Positions 30,830-39,853 of a stretch of 64,000 nt of DNA are shown here, piece after piece (the stretch's first letter is position 1; the number at the start of each line of letters is the position of its first letter). The DNA comes from Kiritimatiellia bacterium. Its GTDB lineage: Bacteria > Verrucomicrobiota > Kiritimatiellia > CAIQIC01 > Lenti-01. The stretch lies in contig JAFTAH010000144.1 of NCBI GenBank assembly GCA_017458625.1, positions 3,106 to 67,105 of the forward strand. Reading direction: 5' to 3'. A program made the position numbers and the translations under genes. The notes under the pieces are model-generated. The model was given only the letters and a program-made list of their open reading frames with translations. It had not been told where the DNA came from and made no database searches.

Positions 30830-31758
30830 AAACAACCCCTTCGTTCCGCTCGTTGCTCGTGTTGCTGGCGATTTGCCTTTTTGCTGTTTCCGGCTGGGCG
30901 GAAGCGCCGGAGGATACGGCTTCGCCTGTCGCCCTCACCCTTGCCGAGGAGCTTTTTGCCGAAGGCCAGTATGCCGCCTCCGCCATCGAGTTTCGCCGTC
31001 TTGCCCTTGCCGCCGACGACCCTGCAGAGTCCGCCACCTGGCTCTGGATGGCTGCGCGTGCCTATGCCCAGCCCGACGACGTCCACGCCGCTCGGCTAGC
31101 CCTCGACCTGCTTGATGACGCCGAGTTTGCCGCGCCGCCCGGAGATGTCGCCTCCCCCCTGCCCATCGCCTTCCTTCGCGCCGAACTCACCCTGCGCCTC
31201 CGGGAGTCCGCTCCCGCCCGCTACTATTTCCAGACCATCCCCGCCGCCCTGCCCGAGACGGTGACGCCCGGCGAAGCCGACGCCTGGCGCGAGTTTGCCG
31301 CCCGGGGGGCCGCCGCCGCTTCGCTGACCGCTGGCAACCTGGCCGATGCCCGCGAAGATGTCGCCGCCTATCCTACCGCCGTCGAGGTCGTGGATGCCTA
31401 TGCCGCCACCTCCCGCAAGTCGCCGGTGGTCGGCGGACTGCTGGGGCTGATCCCGGGCCTGGGCTACGCCTATTCCGGCGAATATGGGAATGCGCTCCGT
31501 TCTCTGGTGCTCAACGGCCTGTTCATCTGGGCCATGACCGAAACAGCCATCGAGGACCAATGGGCGCTGTTCGGCGTGTCGACCTTCTTCGAGTTTACCT
31601 GGTATACGGGTAGCGTCTACGGCGGCATCGATGCGGCCCATCGCCATAACCGCGAGGCCTTGCAGGAGACCATTTCGACCCTACGTCCCGTGCAGGCGTC
31701 CGCCATCGAGCCCGACCCTGTCGCGTTGCCGATCCTCCGCCTCCGTTTTCCGCTCTAG
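30826..31758 (+). CDS. paralogous TPR-like N-domain fused to a DUF5683-like 2-TM membrane domain
   Basis: Signal MKTTPSFRSLLVLLAICLFAVSGWA. The N-domain LAEELFAEGQYAASAIEFRRL parallels the upstream gene. The C-terminus GLLGLIPGLGYAYSGEY...GLFIWA resembles the DUF5683 PGLGQ.Y motif. There is a 4-bp ATGA overlap with the upstream gene. Confidence 0.6.
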   Translation: MKTTPSFRSLLVLLAICLFAVSGWAEAPEDTASPVALTLAEELFAEGQYAASAIEFRRLALAADDPAESATWLWMAARAYAQPDDVHAARLALDLLDDAEFAAPPGDVASPLPIAFLRAELTLRLRESAPARYYFQTIPAALPETVTPGEADAWREFAARGAAAASLTAGNLADAREDVAAYPTAVEVVDAYAATSRKSPVVGGLLGLIPGLGYAYSGEYGNALRSLVLNGLFIWAMTETAIEDQWALFGVSTFFEFTWYTGSVYGGIDAAHRHNREALQETISTLRPVQASAIEPDPVALPILRLRFPL

Positions 31759-31783
31759 TTCGGCAGACCTTGCGTGAGGGAGC

Positions 31784-33001
31784 ATGACGAGTCTCGAGTT
31801 CCCAGCGGTAAATCCCCAGGCCGCCATGGTTTCTCGGGCAGATGGCGCCAATGCGGCTGCGGCCGATTGGGACCGCTGCTATGCGGAAGATGCGCAAAAC
31901 CGGACGATTACCTTTCTCTTTGATCCGGGCCGCTGGCACTTGGCGGAGGTCGGCGGCGTCGAGGTGCGGGGAACTTTCAACGGCTGGACACGAACCGCCG
32001 GCTATGACTTGCGGCCAGGGCGGCGGGGGGACGGTACCCCGTACTGGTCGCTGACGCTGCCGTACGCCGCCGTTCGGCTCCCCGGGAACTGCGGCCAGCC
32101 GGAATATCGGTTTGTCGTCGACGGCCAATGGCAGAATCCGCCGCCGTGGCTTGCGGAAGGTTATATGTTTCCGGGGAACGATACCAATCAGCTGTTGCTG
32201 TTTGCCGGCGACAAGCTGGCGCAAATCCAGGCGAACATCCGCCAGGGAGCCATCCGGAAGCGGCTGGCCGACTTCGACCTCGCCACCGACCAGGGCCGGC
32301 GCGACTTGGCCAACGTGCGGGTCGTGCCCGGCACGACGAAACTGGTGCGTTGCTATCATCCGTTCAAGTTCACCGACAAGAATCGCAACCGCACCGAATT
32401 CGTACGCGTAGAGCTGGTGAAGGCGTTTTACGAGCGATATGGGATTCGAGGCGATATCTGTCTGTCGGAGGACGAGACCGGCAATCTGGCCACGTTGACA
32501 GCCGATGGCCTCACCCGCCAGGAGGAGATTTCCGCCTACTACCGCCATGTGCTCATGGAAGCAGGCAAGGTGCTGTACGTGGGGGCTAGAAACGGGCTGG
32601 GAACGCCCACCTACGAGGCCTGCTACGGGCATCCTGCCGAGGAGAAGATGGGGCGTTGGCTGGCCGAGGTCATCGACTTCATCGCCGCGCCGGAAAACCC
32701 TGCCCCCTTTGCCATCCATTGTCGGCTGGGGACCGATCGGACGGGGGTGTTTTGCGCCATCCTAGGGGCCCTGTGCGGGGCCGATGCGCGGGCCGTGTTA
32801 GCCGACTACGAGCGGAGCAACCGCATGGGCATTCTGGAATATCGCCACCCGCGCAAGCTGCAATACACCCTCGAACTCCTGCTAGGCGTGGAGCATCTGG
32901 ACGACGTGCCCAACTTGGGCGAAGCCATTGCCACGCATCTCGTCGCCTGCGGCTACACCACTCGTGCCCAACTCGCACGGCTTGTCGCCAAGCTGCGGTG
33001 A
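31784..33001 (+). CDS. CBM48/AMPK-beta-GBD-like carbohydrate-binding domain fused to a Cys-based dual-specificity/tyrosine phosphatase domain (laforin/SEX4-like glucan-phosphatase candidate)
   Basis: The N-terminus ITFLFDPGRWHLAEVGGVEVRGTFNGW...YWSLTLP...YRFVVDGQWQNPP is an E-set/CBM48 pattern. The C-terminus has the HCRLGTDRTG CX5R P-loop. Confidence 0.7.
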   Translation: MTSLEFPAVNPQAAMVSRADGANAAAADWDRCYAEDAQNRTITFLFDPGRWHLAEVGGVEVRGTFNGWTRTAGYDLRPGRRGDGTPYWSLTLPYAAVRLPGNCGQPEYRFVVDGQWQNPPPWLAEGYMFPGNDTNQLLLFAGDKLAQIQANIRQGAIRKRLADFDLATDQGRRDLANVRVVPGTTKLVRCYHPFKFTDKNRNRTEFVRVELVKAFYERYGIRGDICLSEDETGNLATLTADGLTRQEEISAYYRHVLMEAGKVLYVGARNGLGTPTYEACYGHPAEEKMGRWLAEVIDFIAAPENPAPFAIHCRLGTDRTGVFCAILGALCGADARAVLADYERSNRMGILEYRHPRKLQYTLELLLGVEHLDDVPNLGEAIATHLVACGYTTRAQLARLVAKLR

Positions 33002-33110
33002 CGGGGTGGCGCGAAACCAGACATTATTCCGCAAATCTCACAGACTGCACAGACGTGACCGGTTCTGTGAGTGCTGTGAGATCGGTGGAAAATGCAACCA
33101 GAGGCTCAGA

Positions 33111-34514
33111 CTACTTGAGGGCCTGGGCGAGGGCGTCGTAGGCCTTCTGGAAGGGGCCCATGGGCGCGGAGACGATGCCCGCGCCGACCTGGCCGATGCC
33201 AGCCTTCTTGTGGGCGACGCCGGTGTCGATGACGGGCACCATGTTCTTCTCGACGACCTTCCGGACGTCGATGCCGGTTGGCGTGCCGCGGAAGTCCAGG
33301 GCGGGAATCTGGTACATGCGGGACTCGTCGTCGGTGATCTCGTACATGCTCAGGGAGTAGCGCAGGGCGTCCGCCGCCGTGCCGCCGACGAACTGCACGA
33401 TGGCGGGCGCGGCCGCGATCGCGAAGCCGCCGAGGCCGCCGGTCTCGGTGATGGCGCTGTCGCCGATGTCGGGATTGGCGTCGGCCTTGGTGAAGCCGGC
33501 GAAGTAGAGCGCGTCGGGCACCTCGGCGGGGGCGGTGAACCAGGCGGGGCCGGTGCCAGCCAGGCGGATGCCGAAGTCGGTTCCGTTGCGGCACATGGTC
33601 ACGACGATGGAGGAGCCCTTGACGCCGATGGCCGGGTCGAGGCACGCCTTGCACGCGGGCATGGAGAGGTTCAGGAAGAAGTGGTCGTTGCCGTTGATGA
33701 AGTTCAGGGCGGCGGCGGCGTCCTCGCGGTTCTCGCAGGTCTGGATGACGAACGGCGCGATGGCGCGGTAGAACAGGGAGGTGCCCGCGCGGTTGCGGTT
33801 GTGGACCTCGTCGCCCATGTGCAGGGCCTGGGCGATCATGTTCTTGAGGTCGATGGGCCCGCTGGCGGCCAGGGCGGCCTTGAGGACGGGGTAGAGGGTC
33901 TGCTCCATCCACTTGAGGCGCGCGGTGACGTCTTCGCCGTAGGCCCCGTAGCGCAGCACCTTGCCCAGACCTTCGTTGAGCGTGCAGAACGCGAGGTTGC
34001 CGAACTTCTCGTTCTTGACGATCATCACGGGCATGGAGGGGGTCACGATGCCGGCCATGGGGCCGACGCAGCCGTGCTCGTGGCAGGGCGAGTACTTGAT
34101 CTTGCCGCTGGCGGCGAGCTTCTCGGCCTCCTCGGGGGTCTTGGCACGCCCCTCGTACATGAGGCCGCCGATGATGCCGCCGCGCATCGGGCCGCACATG
34201 CGGTCCCAGGTGATCGGCGGGCCGGAGTGGAGGATGGTGTCCTTGGTCATGCCCGGCACGACGTTGAGGGCGATGTCGATGCCGACGAGGCGGGGCGCGC
34301 CGGACTGGATGATGTCGAGGGCCTTGCGGTTGGCCTTCTCGATGCGGGCGGCGCGCTTGGCGAGGATCTTCTCGCTGTCGGGCGCGACGGGGACGGGCGG
34401 ACGCCAGTCGACCTGCACGGACGGCGGCGCGAACTTGTCGACGGTGTCCTTGAAGGTCTCGATGCCGACGTTGACGGCGCGGAGGGGGGACTGGAAGAGG
34501 TCGTTGAGGCTCAT
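33111..34514 (-). CDS. DUF1116-family protein (YlbE-like, FdrA partner)
   Basis: Length and the conserved SPCHEHGCVGPMAG / GNDHFFLN regions are typical of DUF1116. It lies immediately downstream of fdrA. Confidence 0.75.
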   Translation of the reverse strand: MSLNDLFQSPLRAVNVGIETFKDTVDKFAPPSVQVDWRPPVPVAPDSEKILAKRAARIEKANRKALDIIQSGAPRLVGIDIALNVVPGMTKDTILHSGPPITWDRMCGPMRGGIIGGLMYEGRAKTPEEAEKLAASGKIKYSPCHEHGCVGPMAGIVTPSMPVMIVKNEKFGNLAFCTLNEGLGKVLRYGAYGEDVTARLKWMEQTLYPVLKAALAASGPIDLKNMIAQALHMGDEVHNRNRAGTSLFYRAIAPFVIQTCENREDAAAALNFINGNDHFFLNLSMPACKACLDPAIGVKGSSIVVTMCRNGTDFGIRLAGTGPAWFTAPAEVPDALYFAGFTKADANPDIGDSAITETGGLGGFAIAAAPAIVQFVGGTAADALRYSLSMYEITDDESRMYQIPALDFRGTPTGIDVRKVVEKNMVPVIDTGVAHKKAGIGQVGAGIVSAPMGPFQKAYDALAQALK

Positions 34515-34573
34515 GGAAAACTCCTGGGGTTGGATTTGGTGCTACGGCAATGGGGCGAGGGGCGCGTGGGCTC

Positions 34574-36112
34574 CTAGCGCTTGGACTTGACGATTTCGGC
34601 GGTGAGGTGGCCGGCCAGGCGGCAGGCGGCGCCGTTGGTGAACTCGACGAGGGCGCCGGCCTTGCGGAGGGCCTCGGCGATGGCCAGGCGCGGCTGCGGG
34701 TCGGCGTCGGTGCCGGTGATGCCGACGACGACGGGGACCTTCTTCGTGACCGTCTTGAGGATGGGCACCCATTCGGCGGCGGGGTCGAGGTTCGAGCCGT
34801 AGCCGAGCACGAGGTCGAGCAGGATGACGGCAGTCTCGGGGTCGTCCGCGACCTCCTGGATCATCTTGTTGCGGAGCGTGAAGTCGATCATGGGGTGGGC
34901 GCGGCCGCGGGTGAACTCGTCCTCGCCGAGGTCGATGATGCAGTTGCGCTCGGGCTTCCAGTCGTTCTTCATGGGCTTCGAGTCGCCGAGGGGCGCGTTC
35001 GAGTAGAGCGTCCTGAGGATGGGGGCCAGGATGACCTGCGCCTCCGCGACGAACGAGCCGCCCGAGAACAGGCCGCGCAGGTAGCGGCCCTGCGGCGCCT
35101 TCTTGCGCGAGACGATCTTCTGGGCGAGCGCCGCCAGCTCCGCGTTGCGCAGCTCCTGGGCCGGGCCGACCGCGGCGGGGTCCTCGCCCTTCGCATAGGC
35201 GACGGCCATCAGCGCGGCGTGCTCCAGCGTCTTCGGCGCCTCGCCGGAGCCCAGCAGGACCTTGACGACGGGTTTCTTGATCTTCTTGATGCGCGCGTCA
35301 ATCTTCTTCATGACGCCCGGCTGCGGCGGCTTGCTGACGAGGAGGATGACCTTCGTCGCGTCGTCCGCCGCCAGCGCGTCCAGCGCATCCAGGAAGCTGA
35401 TGCCGCCAATCGAGTCCTTGACGTCGCGGCCGCCCGTGCCGATGGCCTGGGAGATGCCACTGCCCGCGTTGGCCACCACGCAGGTGACCTCCTGCGTGCC
35501 CGTCCCCGACGCCCCGACCACGCCGATGGGCCCCTGCGGCACCACGTTCGCGAAGCAGAGCGGCACGCCGTTGATGATGCTCGTCCCGCAGTCCGGGCCC
35601 ATCACGATGAGCCCCTTCTTGTGGGCTTCCTTCTTGAGCTCCAGCTCGTCCTCCAGCGACACGTTGTCGCTGAACAGCATCACGTTCAGCCCCGCCTCCA
35701 GCGCCTTGCGCGCCTCGCGTGCCGCATAGCGCCCCGCCACCGAGATGATGGCCATGTTCGCGCCTTCCAGCTGCGCCACGGCACCCGGAATGTCGCGCGG
35801 CGAGGGCGCGGCGGCGGCCCCGGCGGCGGCCGGCTTCTTCTTCTTCGACAGGAGTTCGTCCGCCTTGGCGAACGCCGCGTCCAGCGCCGTCTGGTCCTTG
35901 GCCTTGACCGCCACGCAGAGATCCTGGTCGCCGCACTTCTTGAACTCGTCCAGCAGCAGCCCCGACATGTCGAGAATCGACTTGTTCGCGTCCGTTGCCA
36001 TCACCACCGAGGCCTCGATGACCCCCGGAACGGCCGACAGCTCCTTGCCCACCCGCATGAGCGTGACCGAGTCGAAATAGAATCCTTGCTTCGTGCGTCC
36101 TGCAATATTCAT
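34574..36112 (-). CDS. fdrA: FdrA (acyl-CoA synthetase ADP-forming-like, CoA-binding + ligase-CoA domains)
   Basis: The N-terminus FYFDSVTLMRVGKELSAVPGVIEASVVMATDANKSILD aligns with E. coli FdrA (FQDSVSLMIISRKLSESENVDDVSVMMGTPANK). It has a succinyl-CoA-synthetase-alpha-like core. Confidence 0.85.
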   Translation of the reverse strand: MNIAGRTKQGFYFDSVTLMRVGKELSAVPGVIEASVVMATDANKSILDMSGLLLDEFKKCGDQDLCVAVKAKDQTALDAAFAKADELLSKKKKPAAAGAAAAPSPRDIPGAVAQLEGANMAIISVAGRYAAREARKALEAGLNVMLFSDNVSLEDELELKKEAHKKGLIVMGPDCGTSIINGVPLCFANVVPQGPIGVVGASGTGTQEVTCVVANAGSGISQAIGTGGRDVKDSIGGISFLDALDALAADDATKVILLVSKPPQPGVMKKIDARIKKIKKPVVKVLLGSGEAPKTLEHAALMAVAYAKGEDPAAVGPAQELRNAELAALAQKIVSRKKAPQGRYLRGLFSGGSFVAEAQVILAPILRTLYSNAPLGDSKPMKNDWKPERNCIIDLGEDEFTRGRAHPMIDFTLRNKMIQEVADDPETAVILLDLVLGYGSNLDPAAEWVPILKTVTKKVPVVVGITGTDADPQPRLAIAEALRKAGALVEFTNGAACRLAGHLTAEIVKSKR

Positions 36113-36523
36113 GAGACCTCTTTGCTAGTTGAAACTGGTTGTTGCACCGGGTCGGCCGGAGCCGTTCCGTATCTATTGCTTGTAGCCTATTTTCCGCCGT
36201 TTTTCCAGACAAAAGCGCAAGACAAGGGAAAACGTTTTCGCAAATGGCGCAACCGAGGCTCCGCGTCCGCCACGCCCGCAGGGGATGCATGTCCTCCAAA
36301 AGCAGTGATTTTACGGAAAAACATTAGGAAACTCACGAAATATCACAAGTCCAGGTCGGCCGGCGGGGGGCCTTCGCAGAGGCATGGCAGCGGCCACAAG
36401 AATGGGGGAGGACGAGGCCGGGGAATCGCTGGCGTCGCCAAAGTGGCGCCAGGGGAGCGATGCGGCGGGAGATTTCAACCAAACGGCCCCGAGCCAGAGA
36501 GCCCGGAGCCTAGACGGAAAACG

Positions 36524-36557
36524 CCTTGTTTTACGTAAAATCATACGATTTTTGCGG
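36524..36557 (+). promoter_or_regulatory. copy 2 of conserved intergenic element (CCTTGTTTTACGTAAAATCATACGATTTTTGCGG; perfect palindrome TTTTACGTAAAA)
   Basis: Direct reading. Part of the 5-copy family. Confidence 0.35.
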
Positions 36558-36656
36558 CGGAATCCCAGGCGTGCGGGCGGAAATCCGAGAGCCCGGGAAC
36601 CCAGAATCCCGGAATCCCGGTAGCCCAGAATCCCGGAATCCCGGAAATCCGAACGG
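36558..36656. repeat. tandem 8-9-mer array (A)GAATCCCGG x ~8 with variants
   Basis: gaacccagaatcccggaatcccggtagcccagaatcccggaatcccggaaatccg, read directly. It lies in the 650-bp intergenic region upstream of fdrA. Confidence 0.6.
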
Positions 36657-36760
36657 CTGGAATTGGGGCAGGCGGGCCCCGGAGGAGGCGGGAATCAGGG
36701 AAGACGGGTGGGGGAGAGCAGGGGGGGGGCGATGAGGTGCGAGGGGAGGGGAGGGGGCGG

Positions 36761-37894
36761 TCAGGGGATGAAGAGGGCGCGGGAGCAGGGGGCGAGGAAC
36801 TGGGGACCATCTGGCCGGACGACGACGGTGTCCTCGATGCGGATGCCACCGACGGCGGGGTCGTAGACGCCCGGTTCGACGGTGATGACGTTACCCTCGG
36901 CCAGGACGGGGCCCCGGAGGGAGAGCCGGGGTTCTTCGTGGATGTCCAGACCGACGCCATGGCCGAGGCCGTGGAACATCCCCCGCTCGTGGCCGGGCGT
37001 GGTGTCGAGCGGGAAGCCGGCGGCGGCGAGGCTGTCGAGGGCGAGCTGATGCATGGCGGCGCCGGTCACGCCGGGGCGCAGGGCCTCGAAGACGCGACGC
37101 TGGGTGGCGAGCACGGCCCGGTACATTGCCAGAATGCGCGGATTGCGGGGGCGGCCCTTCATGAGGGTGCGGGTGAGGTCGCCCCAGTAGCCGCTGGCCT
37201 GATGGCGCGGGAAGACGTCGAGGATGATGGCTGTGCCGGCGCGCAAAGGACCGTGGCCTGCCTCGTGAGGACAGGCCGCCTGCCGCCCTCCGGCGGCGAT
37301 GAGTCCATCGTCCGAGGCACACCCGCGCGAACGAATGACGTTTTCCATCTCTTCGCGGAGCCGTTCGCTGGTGAGCGTCCTGCCCTGCCAGCGTAGCTGG
37401 CCGGAGGGGGAGGAGACGGTCGCCTCTCGCAGGATGACGCGCGCCCGGGCGACGGCGGCGGCGGCGGCATGCTGGGCGAGGCGGATGTAGCGGAGTTCCT
37501 CCTCGGTCTTGACGAGGCGTCCCGGCAGAGGCTCGTCCTGCGGTGAGAGGAGCGAGACGGCGATGGACGCCTCCTCGAAGGCGCGGGCGACCCCCAAGGG
37601 GAGCGCGGTGCCGGCGACCACCTTCCGCAACTGTCGGGAACGCGCCCATTCCACGAGGGCGGCGGACAGGGTGCCGTCGATGACATGTAGCTGGACGCCG
37701 GGCTTGGCGGCCTTGGCGGCACGGGCGGCCTCCAAGTGGCTGACGAAGAGATGCACTTCGTCTGCCGACGTCATCGCCACGCCGAACGGATCGGGGGCCC
37801 CGAATCCCGTGAGCCAGCGCGCGGCCCCGGTTTCCGGGCCTCCGGCAACCAGAATCCGGGGGGCTGTTGATTTCTTCGCTTGCAGCAAGGCCAT
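36761..37894 (-). CDS. M24-family Xaa-Pro aminopeptidase/dipeptidase
   Basis: HGLGHGVGLDIHEEP metal-binding motif and the creatinase-like N-domain. Confidence 0.85.
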   Translation of the reverse strand: MALLQAKKSTAPRILVAGGPETGAARWLTGFGAPDPFGVAMTSADEVHLFVSHLEAARAAKAAKPGVQLHVIDGTLSAALVEWARSRQLRKVVAGTALPLGVARAFEEASIAVSLLSPQDEPLPGRLVKTEEELRYIRLAQHAAAAAVARARVILREATVSSPSGQLRWQGRTLTSERLREEMENVIRSRGCASDDGLIAAGGRQAACPHEAGHGPLRAGTAIILDVFPRHQASGYWGDLTRTLMKGRPRNPRILAMYRAVLATQRRVFEALRPGVTGAAMHQLALDSLAAAGFPLDTTPGHERGMFHGLGHGVGLDIHEEPRLSLRGPVLAEGNVITVEPGVYDPAVGGIRIEDTVVVRPDGPQFLAPCSRALFIP

Positions 37895-38307
37895 GGGGTG
37901 CTCCTGTTTTCGTTAGATTACGGGGGGGAGATGGCTTTCAAGGCCATTTCGCGGCTGGTTCCATGGGTTGTCAAGCTTTCTTGCGTCAAAAAGGGAAAAT
38001 AGGCGGCAATACCCAGATATATGCAAATGAAACGATGTTCATGTCTATATGTTGGGGTTGCATGAAAACGGGGCAACAGGCGCGATTTGGGTTGCGTTGC
38101 GGCGAGGCGAGGGGTATCTTGACGCTGTTCAAGGGCGTCCACGTTCGGGAAAAGACGGAGTTGTGGACAACCTGTTAACAACTTTTGGAAGCCGTCCGAA
38201 GACAAGGCGTTGCAAGCGTCTTGGGGCTTCGGGAGGCAAGTGGATTTTGCCGGGCTCGGCGACGGGCCTGGCCGTGGCCGGAAGGTCGCGGGAAAGATGG
38301 ATTGGCG
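37895..38307. promoter_or_regulatory. dnaA upstream region; candidate oriC / DnaA-box region containing a locally AT-rich island (38010-38060) and a near-consensus DnaA box TGTGGACAA (38160-38168)
   Basis: Position directly 5' of dnaA. The AT-rich stretch atacccagatatatgcaaatgaaacgatgttcatgtctatatgtt stands out in a ~65% GC genome. There is only one near-consensus box, so this is tentative. Confidence 0.3.
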
Positions 38308-39714
38308 ATGGATCAGGCAAAGGCAAAGGAACTTTGGGAGACCGCGTGCGGATTGTTGCGCGAGGTCTTCTCTCAGGATACGTACGACAGCTGGATAGGG
38401 GCCATTCAGGCGCGCGGCGACGACCAGGGGGAGGACACGCTCACGCTGGCGGTGCCGAACGGCTTCTACCAGGAATGGCTCCAGGAGCATTATCTGGCGT
38501 CCATCAAGAAGGCGCTGGGATCGTGCCAGGACGAGCCGCTCACCTTGCAGTTTGTCGTGGACGAGGGGGAGGCGGCCGGGACGGAGGAGCCCTCCGGCGC
38601 GGAGGCCCCCGCGGCGACCGCCGAGAAGCCGGCTCCGGCGGCGACGCGGCGCGAGGGGGGCGCGCGTCACCGGACGACGCTGATTGGCGAGCCGCTTGAC
38701 GTCCGCAACACCTTCGACACGTTCGTGGTCGGGCCCTCGAATACGTTTGCGCACGCGGCGGCGCTGGCCGTGGTGGACAAGCCAGGCTGCACCTACAATC
38801 CGCTCTTCATCCACGGCGGCACCGGGCTGGGCAAGACCCACCTCATCCAGGCCATGGGCCACGCGTTTCTGGCGGCCGGCAAGGGCACCGTCTGCTACAC
38901 CACCAGCGAAATCTTCACCAACGAGTTCATCGCGGCGCTCCGCGCGAACGACACGGTGGCCTTCCGCAAGAAGTATCGCAACGTGGATTTGCTGCTGATC
39001 GACGATATCCATTTCCTGGCCGGAAAGACCTCGACGCAGGAGGAGTTCTTCCACACGTTCAACTCGCTCTATCTGGCACAGAAGCAGATCGTGCTGACGA
39101 GCGACCGCCCGCTGACGGAGATCGCCGGGCTGGAGAAGCGCCTCGTCTCGCGTTTCGAATGGGGGCTGGTGGCCGAGATGGAAATGGCCGACTTCGAGAC
39201 GCGCGTCGCCATCCTGCGCACCAAGCGCGAGCGCATGGAGTACAAGGTCGACGATGACGCCTTGTTCTTCATCGCGGATCACGTGCAGTCGAATATCCGC
39301 AAGCTGGAAGGTTCCCTGCTGCGTGTCACCTCCTACGCCTCGCTCAACAATCGGCCGCATTTGTCCCCCGAAAACCTGGAATTCCTGTTGCGCGAGACGA
39401 TCGAGCAGGAGCACCAGACCGTCCTCACCATCGAGGCCATCCAGCGGTCCGTGGCGGAACACTACGACATTCGCCTCGGCGACATGACCAGCAAGCAGCG
39501 CCCGCAGGCCATCGCGTTCCCGCGCCAGGTGGCCATGTACCTCAGCCGCGAGATGACCGACCAGTCGCTGCCCGCCATTGGCCGTGCGTTTGGCCGCAAC
39601 CACGCGACGGTGCTGCACGCCTGCCGTGCGGTGGCCGAGAAGATGCGCACGGACGCAGGGTTGCGCCAGACCGTCCTCGCCCTCCAGCAGCGGCTCGGTG
39701 GCCACCCGTCCTGA
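38308..39714 (+). CDS. dnaA: chromosomal replication initiator protein DnaA
   Basis: N-terminus MDQAKAKELWETACGLLREVFSQDTYDSWI, AAA+ Walker A NPLFIHGGTGLGKTHL, and a C-terminal DnaA-box-binding helix-turn-helix (AIAFPRQVAMYLSREMT..SLPAIGRAFG.RNHATVLHA). Confidence 0.9.
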   Translation: MDQAKAKELWETACGLLREVFSQDTYDSWIGAIQARGDDQGEDTLTLAVPNGFYQEWLQEHYLASIKKALGSCQDEPLTLQFVVDEGEAAGTEEPSGAEAPAATAEKPAPAATRREGGARHRTTLIGEPLDVRNTFDTFVVGPSNTFAHAAALAVVDKPGCTYNPLFIHGGTGLGKTHLIQAMGHAFLAAGKGTVCYTTSEIFTNEFIAALRANDTVAFRKKYRNVDLLLIDDIHFLAGKTSTQEEFFHTFNSLYLAQKQIVLTSDRPLTEIAGLEKRLVSRFEWGLVAEMEMADFETRVAILRTKRERMEYKVDDDALFFIADHVQSNIRKLEGSLLRVTSYASLNNRPHLSPENLEFLLRETIEQEHQTVLTIEAIQRSVAEHYDIRLGDMTSKQRPQAIAFPRQVAMYLSREMTDQSLPAIGRAFGRNHATVLHACRAVAEKMRTDAGLRQTVLALQQRLGGHPS

Positions 39715-39853
39715 CGTCCCGTCGCCGGTGCCGCCGGCCTTCGCGCCGGGGCCATGGTCGTCTGTGTCCAGTGCCCGCACGGAGAAGCGTCACCTTGAGG
39801 GTTCTCCGGTGTCCTTCCTGAAGGCATGGGCCACGGCTTGTGCCGCTTCCCGC

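Noticed and set aside
36526-36735. ORF 36526-36735 encoding PGNPESRNPGSPESRNPGNPNG
   Set aside because: It spans the AATCCCGG tandem array, and the peptide periodicity mirrors the DNA repeat. Non-coding.
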